The notes beneath the pieces are model-generated. The model did no database searches. It was not told where the DNA came from and worked only from the letters and a program-made list of their open reading frames with translations. DNA of 64,000 nucleotides from the NCBI GenBank assembly GCA_019636625.1, contig JAHBXE010000020.1, forward strand, positions 1 through 64,000, given 5' to 3'. The stretch comes from Phycisphaeraceae bacterium. GTDB taxonomy: Bacteria > Planctomycetota > Phycisphaerae > Phycisphaerales > UBA1924. The stretch's first letter is position 1. Every line of letters starts with the position of its first letter. Positions 48,520 through 57,835 of the stretch are shown here, one piece after another. Made by a program: the position numbers and the translations under genes.

Positions 48520-50085
48520 TCACTGCGTCATTTCAGGCACATGCCGCCGGATCGCCGCCAGCACCGCCTCCCGATCGCGCACCGTCCGCACCGCGGAAAG
48601 ATCCGCGATCATCGCCGCGACATCCGGCGTCCCCGCCCCGCCGCGCCACGCGTTGATCCCCGCGAACCTCGTCGGCGCCAGCTCCTCCGCCCCGTACGAC
48701 AGTTCCTCGTACAGCTTCTCTCCCGGACGAGATCCCGTGAACACGATGTCCATCGCCGGCAGCCCGGACTCCTCCGCCTCCTCACCCGCCACCCGCGGCG
48801 AGAACCCGTGCGCCCGCACGAACCGCTTGGCCAGCTCCACGATCCGGATCGGCTCGCCCATGTCCAGCACGTGCACCGCCGCCCGCTCCTGCGGCTTCGG
48901 GCCCGTGTCGTCGTCGATCGCCGCCGTCTGGATCACCAGCGCCGCCGCCTCCGGGATGGTCATGAAGAACCGCGTCATCCGCGGGTCTGTCACCGTGATC
49001 GGCCCGCCCTCGGCCAGCTGCGCCGACCAGATCGTCAGCACGCTCGCGGCCGATCCGATCACGTTCCCGAACCGCACCATGCCAAAGCGCGTCCCCGGCC
49101 GGTTTCCCGACATACGCCTCGAAGCCTCGTGCAGCGCCTGGATGTAGAGCTCCGCCAGCCGCTTGGTCGCCCCCATCACGCTCGTCGGGTTCACGGCCTT
49201 GTCGCTCGAAACCATCACGAATCGCTCGGCGCCCACCGCCATCGCCGCGTCCGCGATCGACTTGGTCCCGAACAGGTTGTTGTTCACCGCGTGCGCCGGG
49301 TGGTCCTCCATCAACGGCACATGCTTGTGCGCCGCGGCGTGGAACACCACGTGCGGCTTGAGGTCCACCAGCAGCCGCAGCGTCGGCTCCGTCTCCACCA
49401 CATCGTGCAGGATCGCCCGGCGCGAGACGCCCGGGTGCTTCCGCGCGATCTGCCGGTCGATCTCGAAGAGCGGGTTCTCCGCCCGCTCGACCAGTTGGAC
49501 CTGCTCCGGGTTGAACGAGGCCACGATCCGCGCGATCTCCGCGCCGATGGAGCCGCCGGCGCCCGTGATCAGCACCCGCTTGCCCGTGAGGATCGAGCCG
49601 ATCGCCGCGCGGTCGATCGGGTGCGGCGTCCGGCCGATCAGGTCGGCGATGTCGATCCGCGGCGTCGCGGCCACCGGCCCGGCCTGCGTCGCGGGCGTCG
49701 CGAGGCCGACCGAGAACGGCGGCGTCTGCGTGAGCAGGTCCTGGATCGGCGGGAGGAAGCGTTCGGCGATGCCCAGCCGGCGCAGCGTGGTCCGCACGGT
49801 GTTGATCGTCTCGGTCATCGCCATCGGCAGGCTGACGATCGCCAGCGTGAGGCGCTGGCGCTCGACGGCGGATTCGAGGTCGGCGACGGTGCCGAAGACG
49901 GGCAGGCCGCCGGCGGCGCGTGGCTGGGTCTTGTCGATCAGGATGCAGCCGAGCGGATCGGGGGCATCGTTGATGATGGCCAGTTGCTCCCGGGCCTGCC
50001 GGACCGTCTCGGGCGTCCCGATCAGGACGGCGCGGTGGGCGGGGCGGGGCGGGGAGAGAGGGGCGCGTGCGGGGAGGCGTGACAT
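48520..50085 (-). CDS. polysaccharide biosynthesis protein, CapD/PglF-like NDP-sugar 4,6-dehydratase
   Basis: ITGAGGSIGAEIARI Rossmann motif, an N-terminal CoA-binding-like region, and the pattern FVMVSSDKAVNPTSVMGATKRLAE. Confidence 0.8.
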   Translation of the reverse strand: MSRLPARAPLSPPRPAHRAVLIGTPETVRQAREQLAIINDAPDPLGCILIDKTQPRAAGGLPVFGTVADLESAVERQRLTLAIVSLPMAMTETINTVRTTLRRLGIAERFLPPIQDLLTQTPPFSVGLATPATQAGPVAATPRIDIADLIGRTPHPIDRAAIGSILTGKRVLITGAGGSIGAEIARIVASFNPEQVQLVERAENPLFEIDRQIARKHPGVSRRAILHDVVETEPTLRLLVDLKPHVVFHAAAHKHVPLMEDHPAHAVNNNLFGTKSIADAAMAVGAERFVMVSSDKAVNPTSVMGATKRLAELYIQALHEASRRMSGNRPGTRFGMVRFGNVIGSAASVLTIWSAQLAEGGPITVTDPRMTRFFMTIPEAAALVIQTAAIDDDTGPKPQERAAVHVLDMGEPIRIVELAKRFVRAHGFSPRVAGEEAEESGLPAMDIVFTGSRPGEKLYEELSYGAEELAPTRFAGINAWRGGAGTPDVAAMIADLSAVRTVRDREAVLAAIRRHVPEMTQ

Positions 50086-50240
50086 GTACCGCAGTTATCG
50101 GCGGTATGCCCGGGCACTTGAGAGTCCGCGGTCCGATGGGCGTTTCCGATTGACGGCGATCGATCGGCGGGCTTGCGGCCGCGCAGAAGTTGCCGCATGT
50201 CGGCAGCAAGTGCGCGGCGGATCTGGTCTACTGTCGGCCA

Positions 50241-50869
50241 TGATCAGCCGGCTGGAAGGGACTCTGGAAGCGGTGGAGGGGATGGAGGCGACGGTCCGGC
50301 CCGCGGGGCTTGGCGTCTGGTATCAGGTGCTGGTGCCGGCGTTCGAGGTGGACCGGTTGCGGTCGCGGATCGGGCAGACGGTCACGCTGCACACGATCGA
50401 ATACCTCGAAGGTCAAGGGGTTGGGAGCAGTTTCATCCCACGGCTGATCGGGTTCACGACGGTTCAGGATCGGCAGTTCTTCAGCTTGCTGACGACGGTG
50501 GATGGGTTCGGGAACAAGAAGGCGCTGCGTGCGATGGCGGAGCAGCCGGCCGTGATTTCGCGGGCGATCCTGAGCGCGGATGCGGCGTGGCTGACGAAGC
50601 TGCCGGAGGTGGGGAAGAAGTCGGCGGAGAAGGTGATTTTGGAGTTGAAGGGGAAGGTTGGGGCGTTCCTGACGGCGGAGGAAGTGAAGGGGTTGGACGC
50701 GGCGGCGGTGAACCTGCCGGCGACGGGGCCTGTGGAGGAGGCGATCGCGGCGATCGTGGCGCTGGGGGAGGGGCGAGGCGAGGCGGAGCAGATGGTTCGT
50801 CGGGCGTTGTCGCGGAACACGGGGCTGAAAACGGCCGATCAGATCGTGGCGGCGGCGTACGGCGGGTAG
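50241..50869 (+). CDS. ruvA: Holliday junction DNA helicase RuvA
   Basis: MISRLEGTLE... is the typical RuvA N-terminus. HhH region LTTVDGFGNKKALRAMA and a C-terminal domain are present. Confidence 0.85.
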
Positions 50870-51210
50870 GCATGGGGGATTCGGGTGAGGACGCCATGGT
50901 CGATTCGTGATGTCCGAACCCCGGAGCGCACGGCGGCAAAGCAGGTTCGAGAGTTGAGAACGTGGGGGTTGTCTATCACGAAGTTTCTCGATCAGGTTGC
51001 CGCGACACCTTGCGAGGGCGAGTCGGAACGGGAGGATCGGTTGGAGGCCTCGGGGCTTTCCGTTGACGCGATCGAGCAAAACGAGGCGACACTCACGCCT
51101 GGCAGGCTGCGGACGCCGGGTGCGACCGAGTCGTGGTAACGCGGCTGGTACACAGGACTGAGCTATGGCCTCCGTTCCGGATCGGTCCGTGGCCATCTGA
51201 CAGATTGTCG

Positions 51211-51981
51211 CTACTTGTCTCTGCCGAACACGCCGTCCTTGGTCGCATCAATTGGAACGCCCGATGACCAATAGGTCGGCGGCGCCAAGTTGCCGTAATG
51301 ATAGAAGTTGGGTTCTCCGGGACGAAGCGCCGACTGGGCTTCATGCGTTGCGCTGCCGTCAGCCCAGAGCACCGCGCTCGGCTCATTGTGGCCGCAGCAT
51401 GCGCCGCATCCTTCCGGAAAGGCCGCGATCGTGTAGACCACCGATTGCCTCATGAACCCTTTTTGCGAAGGGAACGACACGGATGTGAGTCGTTGCGGCA
51501 CGAACTGCGACACGCCCGACTGTGTCCACCGATTCCAGAAGTCGCGACTTGCATAGAACGTGAGTGCAATGCTGTAGTCGCAGGTTCCCGTTCTTCGATA
51601 GTGAACTCTCAAGTGCGAGGGGCGCGAAGGGTCAAAGGCGATGCCGCTGACGGCGTCGCGATCAAGCAAGACGTGGTACCGCCTCGCATTCTCAAACCAT
51701 GACCCGCGAACGGGCTCGCCCTCAACTTCGACGGTCTGCCAGGGACCATCGGGGTACAGTGCCACCTCGGGCCGAAACAGTACTGGGGGCAAGTCGCGGT
51801 TGCTCTGCGAGTAGGCTTGAACGAGCACGCCGTGCTGTCGAATGTTTGACATCGAACCCAGTTCACGGCTCTTCACACGGGCGTTGCTCAATCCGTGCGC
51901 GGCGAGAGAAGCCAACAGAGAGAGGACGCCCAGAGTGACTAACAACTCAGCGAGCGTAAAGGCCCGCTGCGGAACGTGCAT
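51211..51981 (-). CDS. DUF1559 (planctomycete H-X9-DG) protein with prepilin-type N-terminus
   Basis: RAFTLAELLVTLGVLSLLASLA is a type IV pilin-like N-terminal helix. C-terminal H-NEPSAVLWA-DG matches H-X9-DG. Confidence 0.7.
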   Translation of the reverse strand: MHVPQRAFTLAELLVTLGVLSLLASLAAHGLSNARVKSRELGSMSNIRQHGVLVQAYSQSNRDLPPVLFRPEVALYPDGPWQTVEVEGEPVRGSWFENARRYHVLLDRDAVSGIAFDPSRPSHLRVHYRRTGTCDYSIALTFYASRDFWNRWTQSGVSQFVPQRLTSVSFPSQKGFMRQSVVYTIAAFPEGCGACCGHNEPSAVLWADGSATHEAQSALRPGEPNFYHYGNLAPPTYWSSGVPIDATKDGVFGRDK

Positions 51982-52026
51982 GTTGGTTTCTGTGGGTTCT
52001 GGAGGATTCACGCTTGACAGAATAGT

Positions 52027-52040
52027 GGGGGGGGGGGGGT
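52027..52040. repeat. poly-G tract (13-14 G) in a divergent promoter region
   Basis: Directly visible. It lies between the DUF1559 gene start (51981, minus) and the Cys-rich peptide gene start (52072, plus), ~30 bp upstream of the latter's RBS. Confidence 0.8.
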
Positions 52041-52071
52041 ATTCTGTCAAACGTGTTCAAGGAGGTGACCC

Positions 52072-52464
52072 ATGAAATCGAGCGGAATCAGTAAAGTATG
52101 TGGGGTTCTCCTCATTGGGTGTTGCGTGGCAGCAGCAGCAGGAGCTTGTCACGATGTGGTGCTGAAGAACGAGTACTTTCCGCCGGGAGCTTGTGAGAGC
52201 CCCGAGGTTGTGGGCGCTCCGTGTGGAATCTGCCCCAACTACGCGGATTGGAACATGGCGAATCCGTCGGGCAGCTATTGCAAGCACCCGGCGAGCGGTC
52301 CGCCGTGTCCGATGGTGTGCGAACTTGGAGAGGTGAGGCATGATCAGTTCGGGATCTGTCGGTGCATGCCGATTCCTGGGACAAACTGGGTAACGTACTA
52401 CATGGGCCCGCCGGTGTGCGAGGATCTTTGCGATAGTGATACGCCACCACCTTCCGATCCGTAG
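52072..52464 (+). CDS. small secreted cysteine-rich protein
   Basis: Strong RBS AAGGAGGTGA. Signal peptide MKSSGISKVCGVLLIGCCVAAAAGA. About 20 Cys in 130 aa (e.g. CGICPNY, CPMVCELG, CRCMPIPG). Confidence 0.55.
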   Translation: MKSSGISKVCGVLLIGCCVAAAAGACHDVVLKNEYFPPGACESPEVVGAPCGICPNYADWNMANPSGSYCKHPASGPPCPMVCELGEVRHDQFGICRCMPIPGTNWVTYYMGPPVCEDLCDSDTPPPSDP

Positions 52465-52470
52465 TGACCC

Positions 52471-53592
52471 ATGTGGATACTCGCCGCCGCGATACTGTGG
52501 AGTGTGCACGGGGCCGTGCCTTTGGCAGGGGGCGCGCTCGGGGCGAATCAGGACGCGTTGTCCGCGCCTGAGGTATTGCAGCAGGTCCGACTCGCGCACC
52601 TCGGTCAACAGCCGCACCGGGTTGAGTACGTTCGACCAGCGAACTTGGGCTCGTCCGTTCCTGCTGAGATTGCGGAGGTCGTGTCGCGAGTACCCGGTGT
52701 GTCCAAGGTGACATTCGGGGGAAAGGAACTTGTCGTATTGACGAGAGAGACCATGGTGACGGACGGAGCGGATCGGTACCGGATTGAAAGCGAGTCGCTC
52801 CAGCAGGGTGGCATCCGGGACAGGCGAACGTCCGTCAGCATCTGGACGCGCAACACATGGACTCGCGCCGCCGGGATCGGAGTGCCGCTGTGCGAGCACG
52901 ATGAGTACCCGGAAGTAGGCCTGGACGAACACATCAGGTTGATGGCGGCGGGACGCACTCCGCATCGGCGGTTGCTGGCGCGGTGCGGGTATCTGCCCTT
53001 TGTGCGATATGCCATAGAAATGTTGGCGCAAGCAAAGGATGCTGAAACGCTTCTCTATCCTGATGGAGTCATGCTCGTGTCCGAAGCGATCGGTATTGCG
53101 ATCGTGGCGAACCAACGTGGAGAGGTCGTATCCGGGAGGATGTGGGACCCAGCGACCCGCGAGACTCTGGTGATGCGGTTTGTCGGGAGGCATGCCGAGC
53201 CGCTGATGCCCGCTCTTCACCCGAAGGAGAGTCACCAATGGATGGTAGCTGGAAACGCGCTTAAGGCGCATGGCTTTCCTGCGGACTCCGAAGGCGGCCT
53301 TGTGCTCTACACAAGCGCCCGATCCCTGCCAGAGGCACCTGATCGCCTCTTTTCTTGGCGGTCCGTCGCGTTATCCGCGAAAGACCACACCGGCACGATC
53401 GCGCACGCTGACGGCACTGAAGTTCCGGCCCAGAAACCGCAGCCAAAGGCGGTGAATCGTCCGCCAACACCTCTGAGTCATGCCGCGCCGCCGGGTCGGA
53501 GTGCGGTCGTGATTCTGACTGTTACGGGCATCGTTCTTCTCGCGGTCGGAGCTGTCGTTTGGTTGAAGGGGCGAGCGGATGGACGCGGCTGA
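52471..53592 (+). CDS. hypothetical protein with N-terminal signal and C-terminal TM anchor
   Basis: 373 aa. Tightly linked to neighbours (7-nt gap upstream, overlaps the downstream gene). No domain recognised. Confidence 0.5.
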   Translation: MWILAAAILWSVHGAVPLAGGALGANQDALSAPEVLQQVRLAHLGQQPHRVEYVRPANLGSSVPAEIAEVVSRVPGVSKVTFGGKELVVLTRETMVTDGADRYRIESESLQQGGIRDRRTSVSIWTRNTWTRAAGIGVPLCEHDEYPEVGLDEHIRLMAAGRTPHRRLLARCGYLPFVRYAIEMLAQAKDAETLLYPDGVMLVSEAIGIAIVANQRGEVVSGRMWDPATRETLVMRFVGRHAEPLMPALHPKESHQWMVAGNALKAHGFPADSEGGLVLYTSARSLPEAPDRLFSWRSVALSAKDHTGTIAHADGTEVPAQKPQPKAVNRPPTPLSHAAPPGRSAVVILTVTGIVLLAVGAVVWLKGRADGRG

Positions 53593-54088
53593 GCGATCCG
53601 GTTTGGCGAGGTCCAAGAAGACCGGGCTTCCGTTCCGATCGTGCGTGCTCATACTTGCGATTGTCTGGATGTGGGCCGGAGTATGGAAAGTTCTGAACTG
53701 GACAACCTTTGTGAGCATCGTGGATGGCCACGGCGTGATGCCCAGGAGCGTCCTGGGGCTGATCTGGATCGTACCTGCGGTTGAAGTCGCGCTCGGCGTG
53801 GCTCTTGCATGCCTGGCAACTCCTGGCGGCAATCGAAGTTCTGCGCTCGGGTGGATCGTTGCCTCAGCGTTCGCGTTGGCAGGGGCGACGGTCTACGTGT
53901 GGATGGTTCCGGCGCACGTCATTCAGACACTTGGTTGCGGGTGCCGTCCGTCCCTGCTTTCGGCGGGAACATCGTTGGGAGAAAGGTCGGGGACACTTGC
54001 GATCAACGCGGTCATGTTCGGGCCTCATCTCGCTTGCCTGAGACTCTCGAGCGCGAGGAATCGCACGTCGGCGATACCGTCGGCATGA
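53579..54088 (+). CDS. small polytopic membrane protein, MauE/DoxX-like (tentative)
   Basis: Three to four TM helices and a CGC motif. The MauE assignment rests on architecture and context, not on a searched match. Confidence 0.35.
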   Translation: MDAAERSGLARSKKTGLPFRSCVLILAIVWMWAGVWKVLNWTTFVSIVDGHGVMPRSVLGLIWIVPAVEVALGVALACLATPGGNRSSALGWIVASAFALAGATVYVWMVPAHVIQTLGCGCRPSLLSAGTSLGERSGTLAINAVMFGPHLACLRLSSARNRTSAIPSA

Positions 54089-54166
54089 AAGCTGCGACCC
54101 TGACCTCACCGTCACGCTGGGGTCGACTCGGCTGCAGTGGTCCAGATCGTCCTAGACTCTGCCCCC

Positions 54167-55288
54167 ATGCGATACGCGATGATCATGGCCGGTGGCGCCG
54201 GCACCCGTCTTTGGCCGATGAGCCGGGCCGACCGGCCCAAGCAGTTGCTCAAGTTCATTGAACAGCCGGGGGATCCGCAGCCGCGGTCGCTGCTGGAGAT
54301 CGCGGCGATGCGGCTGGAGGGGTTGATCGCGCCGGAGCAGCGGTACATCTGCACGGCGGAGGCGTACCGGGGGGCGATCCGGGCGGCGTTGCCGGAGTTC
54401 ACGGATGAACGGATCCTGGGCGAGCCGATGGGTCGGGACACGGTGAACGCGGTGGGGCTGGCGGCGGCGGTGTTTCAGAAGATCGATCCGGAGGCGGTGT
54501 TCGCGGTGCTGACGGCGGACCACATCATCACGCCGCGGGAGAAGTTTCAGTCGCTGATGGATGCGGGGTTCCGGCTGGTGGAGGAGGATCCATCGCGGCT
54601 GGTGACGTTCTCGATCAAGCCGACGTATCCGGCGACGGGGTTTGGGTATGTGGAGCGTGGGGCGCCGCTGGGTGGGGGAGTGGATGGGCAGGCGTACCGG
54701 GTGGCGCGGTTCGTGGAGAAGCCGGACCTGCCTCGGGCGACGGCGTACGTGCAGTCGGGGGTGTTCGGGTGGAACAGCGGGATGTTCGTGTGGAAGGCCG
54801 GCACATTTCTAAGTGCGTTGAAGCAGTTTAAGCCCGAGAGCTTTGACGGGCTGATGAAGATCCAGGAGGCGTGGGGGACGGACCGGCAGCGGCAGGTGCT
54901 GGGCGAGGTGTACCCGACGCTGCCCAAGACGAGCGTGGATTACGCGGTGATGGAGCCGGCGAGCAAGAGCCGCGAGCGGCAGTTCAGCGTGTGCACGGTG
55001 CTGATGGACCTGGAGTGGCTGGATGTGGGGAGCTGGCCGAGCTTCGGGCAGACGGTGCCGGCCGATGGGCAGAAGAACCGTGTCGCGGCGGGCGGGGGCG
55101 GGAAGGCGACGATCGTGAACAGCACGGGGAACCTGGTGGTGAACCCGGTGAAGGGGCACACGGTGGCGCTCTTGGGGTGCAAGGACCTGATCGTGGTGCA
55201 CACGGAGGATGCGACGCTGGTGATGCCGCGGGAGCGGGCGGAGGAGTTGAAGGAGTTGCACGGGAAGGTGGCGGAGGGGTTGAGGTAG
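54167..55288 (+). CDS. mannose-1-phosphate guanylyltransferase (GDP-mannose pyrophosphorylase)
   Basis: MIMAGGAGTRLWPMSR is the nucleotidyltransferase G-loop. Overall ManC/GMP-like organisation. Confidence 0.8.
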   Translation: MRYAMIMAGGAGTRLWPMSRADRPKQLLKFIEQPGDPQPRSLLEIAAMRLEGLIAPEQRYICTAEAYRGAIRAALPEFTDERILGEPMGRDTVNAVGLAAAVFQKIDPEAVFAVLTADHIITPREKFQSLMDAGFRLVEEDPSRLVTFSIKPTYPATGFGYVERGAPLGGGVDGQAYRVARFVEKPDLPRATAYVQSGVFGWNSGMFVWKAGTFLSALKQFKPESFDGLMKIQEAWGTDRQRQVLGEVYPTLPKTSVDYAVMEPASKSRERQFSVCTVLMDLEWLDVGSWPSFGQTVPADGQKNRVAAGGGGKATIVNSTGNLVVNPVKGHTVALLGCKDLIVVHTEDATLVMPRERAEELKELHGKVAEGLR

Positions 55289-55306
55289 GGGGGGCTGGGG
55301 CCCGGC

Positions 55307-57820
55307 TCATTCCTCGACAAGTCCCTCGAAGGTCGATTTGAAGTCGTCTTCCGATAGCGCCGTATCCCACAGCCCGATGTCCAACGGGCGGTGGCGTTCG
55401 ACCCCCATGTATCGCAAGCTCGCATCTTCGTAGCGCCGGAACTTCCAGACCGCATCGTTCATGAGAGCGCTGTTGAACACTCCGAGACTTACCAGCCGTT
55501 CGAAGTCGGCGGTCGTCAGGCCTGTGACCTTCTGGAATAGCTTCGGCTCGATCTTGGTGATGACATCCTTGAGTCGCTGTTCTCGGTAGTCGGTCAGGTA
55601 CATGAAAACCGGAATTCGCGCCGCGAACTTGATGAGTTTTTCCTGTACCTGCTTGCGCAGGGTCTTGCGTTCCTTTTCGGCCTCCGTAAGCTGCCGTTTG
55701 TCGGTTTCCGGAACATCTTCGCCCTCGCCGAGCTTTCGCTTGGTGTCCTTGATCTGCTCCGAGCGGTTGATAATGGTCTCGAAGAGTTCGCCCGCGTTGA
55801 GATTGCGAAACCCCTCGATATTCGCGATCGCGGCCATTGCCGCCTCGTCCGTCATCAACCTGTTGAGCGTGCCATCGTCGACGTTTACCAACAGCACACT
55901 TTCCCATCGCTTGGCAAGGAGGGTCGCGCTCGTGCCGGCGGTGGCCATATCCAGAATCGCTTCGGCATCCAGTTGCCGCATGGCGCTTCCGTCGTAGGCG
56001 AGCACCGGGAGAAAGCCGACCAGGTCCGCCACGCGCTGCTCGGGTGTCGATTCATCCGTCGCCAGGCGTGAGCCGTAATCCGCGATCTGCCTCAGTGCTC
56101 GATTGGGTGCGAAGTCAAAGACGTAGCACTCCGGCTTAACGATGATCTCGTTGCCGCTTTCATCGCAGGTCGTCCAAGGCGACTGGACGCGGAACGCGCT
56201 CTGAAAGTAGGTTTCGGGGCTGCTGCACTTGCGAAGCACGAGCATCCCGGCCCAGGGCCGCACCGTCACGCCCGTTGTCAGCTTGCCGCACGAGAGCGTG
56301 ATGGTCTTGCTATTGAGCGGGTCGTCCATCGCCTCCAGCACCGGCGGCAGCGCCTCCGCGCCGATGCCCGCGCTGGCTCCTGCAGCAACTACCACGGCGT
56401 AGTCGTGGTAGAACAAGTTCTGCTTCGCTCTCAGCAAGTTCGCCATCGCGTGGCAGCTCGCGACGTTTGGCAAGAACCAGAACGTGTGATTGAGCACGCC
56501 CATCAGGCGGGCGTCGGAGAAGGGCAGCGGCGGCTTGTCCTTTCCCAGTTTCAGGTCATCGACTGTCAGCCCCTTGTAGGCGCCGCGGATCAGGTCAAGC
56601 CATTTCTGCACTTCGTTGAGATGCACGAACGCCGCGGTATCGCCCTCACCCTCGGCTCGAAAAAACTCGTTCAGGTCGAACTCGTTGAACTCGCCCATTT
56701 CCGCGACCTGCCGAATCTCATCCGGCAGGGTGTAGGTCATCAGCACCAGGCGCGGGAGCGATGCGTAGGGGTTGGGGCCTGGGCCCTTCCAGTCGCGTTT
56801 GGCCCGCTGCTCATCGCTGTAGGTCCAGTTGTAGATCTGTTCCTCGATAAACTCGCCCGAGGCAAGGGCTCGGAATGGGGTGCCCGAGAGGTAGAGGTAG
56901 TGCTTGGTTTCGATAGGCAGGATCGACTCATCAAACGCCTGCTCATCCTTACTGATTTCGGCCGCGACTTCGCCTTCATCTTCCTCATCTGCGCCAAAGA
57001 GCCCCTTGGCGTTCTCACGCCATGCCCCGAAGTGGTACTCATCGAGGATCACGCAGTCCCATTCGGTCAGGTGGACCCACTCGTTCTTGGCCTTGATCGC
57101 ACCCGTGCGGTCACGCTGCAAGTAGTCTTGAAAGCTCCCAAAGCAGACGATCGGCCGATTTGGGTCGGCCTCTTCATAGGTCAGGTCGTTGGTCCGGCTG
57201 ATGAATTGCCATCCTTCAAAGTCGATGTGACGATTCAGGTCTTCCGCCCAGGCGTGCACGACGGCGGGCTTGAAGGTCAACACCAAGACCTTGGTCCAAC
57301 CCATCTTCTTTGCCAGTTGATACGCGGCGAAGGTCTTGCCGAAGCGCATCTTGGCATTCCACAGGAAGTGCGGCGTGCGGCCCTTCTGCTCGGTCGCGGC
57401 CTTGGTGAAGTATTCTGCCGTGATCTGGACGGCTTCGGCCTGCTCGGGGCGCATGTCGAAGGAGAGGGTGCGGTCCTCGCGGTTCGCGGTGCGCTCGCGG
57501 ACGGCGAGGATGGCGGCCTGCACGTCCTTGACGGTGCAGCGGAACCACTCGTTGGTCTCTCGCCTGAGCTTCTTGGCCAGTAGGTGTCGGTGCACGTCAC
57601 GGTCGGTGAAGCTGGTGCCATCGGCCCGCATGGCGGAGTCGACCAGGGCGATGGTGTACGGCGTCATACCAGCAGGGAACTGCTCGGCGATGCGCGCGGC
57701 GGCGTTGCGCTCGGTGTAGCCGACCTTCAGCAGGCCCTTGTGGTCGGGGTGGGTGCTTGCGTAGGCGTAGATGGTTGGCGAGGCGCCAGGGCGAGGCGGG
57801 AAAAACTCTTGGGGTTGCAT
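55307..57820 (-). CDS. T5orf172/GIY-YIG-like domain fused to a DEAD/DExH-type helicase (restriction-enzyme-like)
   Basis: N-terminal TIYAYASTHPDHKGLLKVGYTERNAAARI (T5orf172-like). Walker A MRFGKTFAAYQL and DExH box VILDEYHFGA. 837 aa. Follows two DNA methyltransferase genes on the same strand. Confidence 0.65.
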   Translation of the reverse strand: MQPQEFFPPRPGASPTIYAYASTHPDHKGLLKVGYTERNAAARIAEQFPAGMTPYTIALVDSAMRADGTSFTDRDVHRHLLAKKLRRETNEWFRCTVKDVQAAILAVRERTANREDRTLSFDMRPEQAEAVQITAEYFTKAATEQKGRTPHFLWNAKMRFGKTFAAYQLAKKMGWTKVLVLTFKPAVVHAWAEDLNRHIDFEGWQFISRTNDLTYEEADPNRPIVCFGSFQDYLQRDRTGAIKAKNEWVHLTEWDCVILDEYHFGAWRENAKGLFGADEEDEGEVAAEISKDEQAFDESILPIETKHYLYLSGTPFRALASGEFIEEQIYNWTYSDEQRAKRDWKGPGPNPYASLPRLVLMTYTLPDEIRQVAEMGEFNEFDLNEFFRAEGEGDTAAFVHLNEVQKWLDLIRGAYKGLTVDDLKLGKDKPPLPFSDARLMGVLNHTFWFLPNVASCHAMANLLRAKQNLFYHDYAVVVAAGASAGIGAEALPPVLEAMDDPLNSKTITLSCGKLTTGVTVRPWAGMLVLRKCSSPETYFQSAFRVQSPWTTCDESGNEIIVKPECYVFDFAPNRALRQIADYGSRLATDESTPEQRVADLVGFLPVLAYDGSAMRQLDAEAILDMATAGTSATLLAKRWESVLLVNVDDGTLNRLMTDEAAMAAIANIEGFRNLNAGELFETIINRSEQIKDTKRKLGEGEDVPETDKRQLTEAEKERKTLRKQVQEKLIKFAARIPVFMYLTDYREQRLKDVITKIEPKLFQKVTGLTTADFERLVSLGVFNSALMNDAVWKFRRYEDASLRYMGVERHRPLDIGLWDTALSEDDFKSTFEGLVEE

Positions 57821-57835
57821 GTCGTGATTCCGGGA

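Noticed and set aside
48782-50209. 475-aa minus-strand ORF, also 48445-50082 plus
   Set aside because: They overlap the CapD-like gene (48520-50085), which has clear Rossmann and dehydratase motifs. The alternatives are Arg/Gly-rich artefacts.
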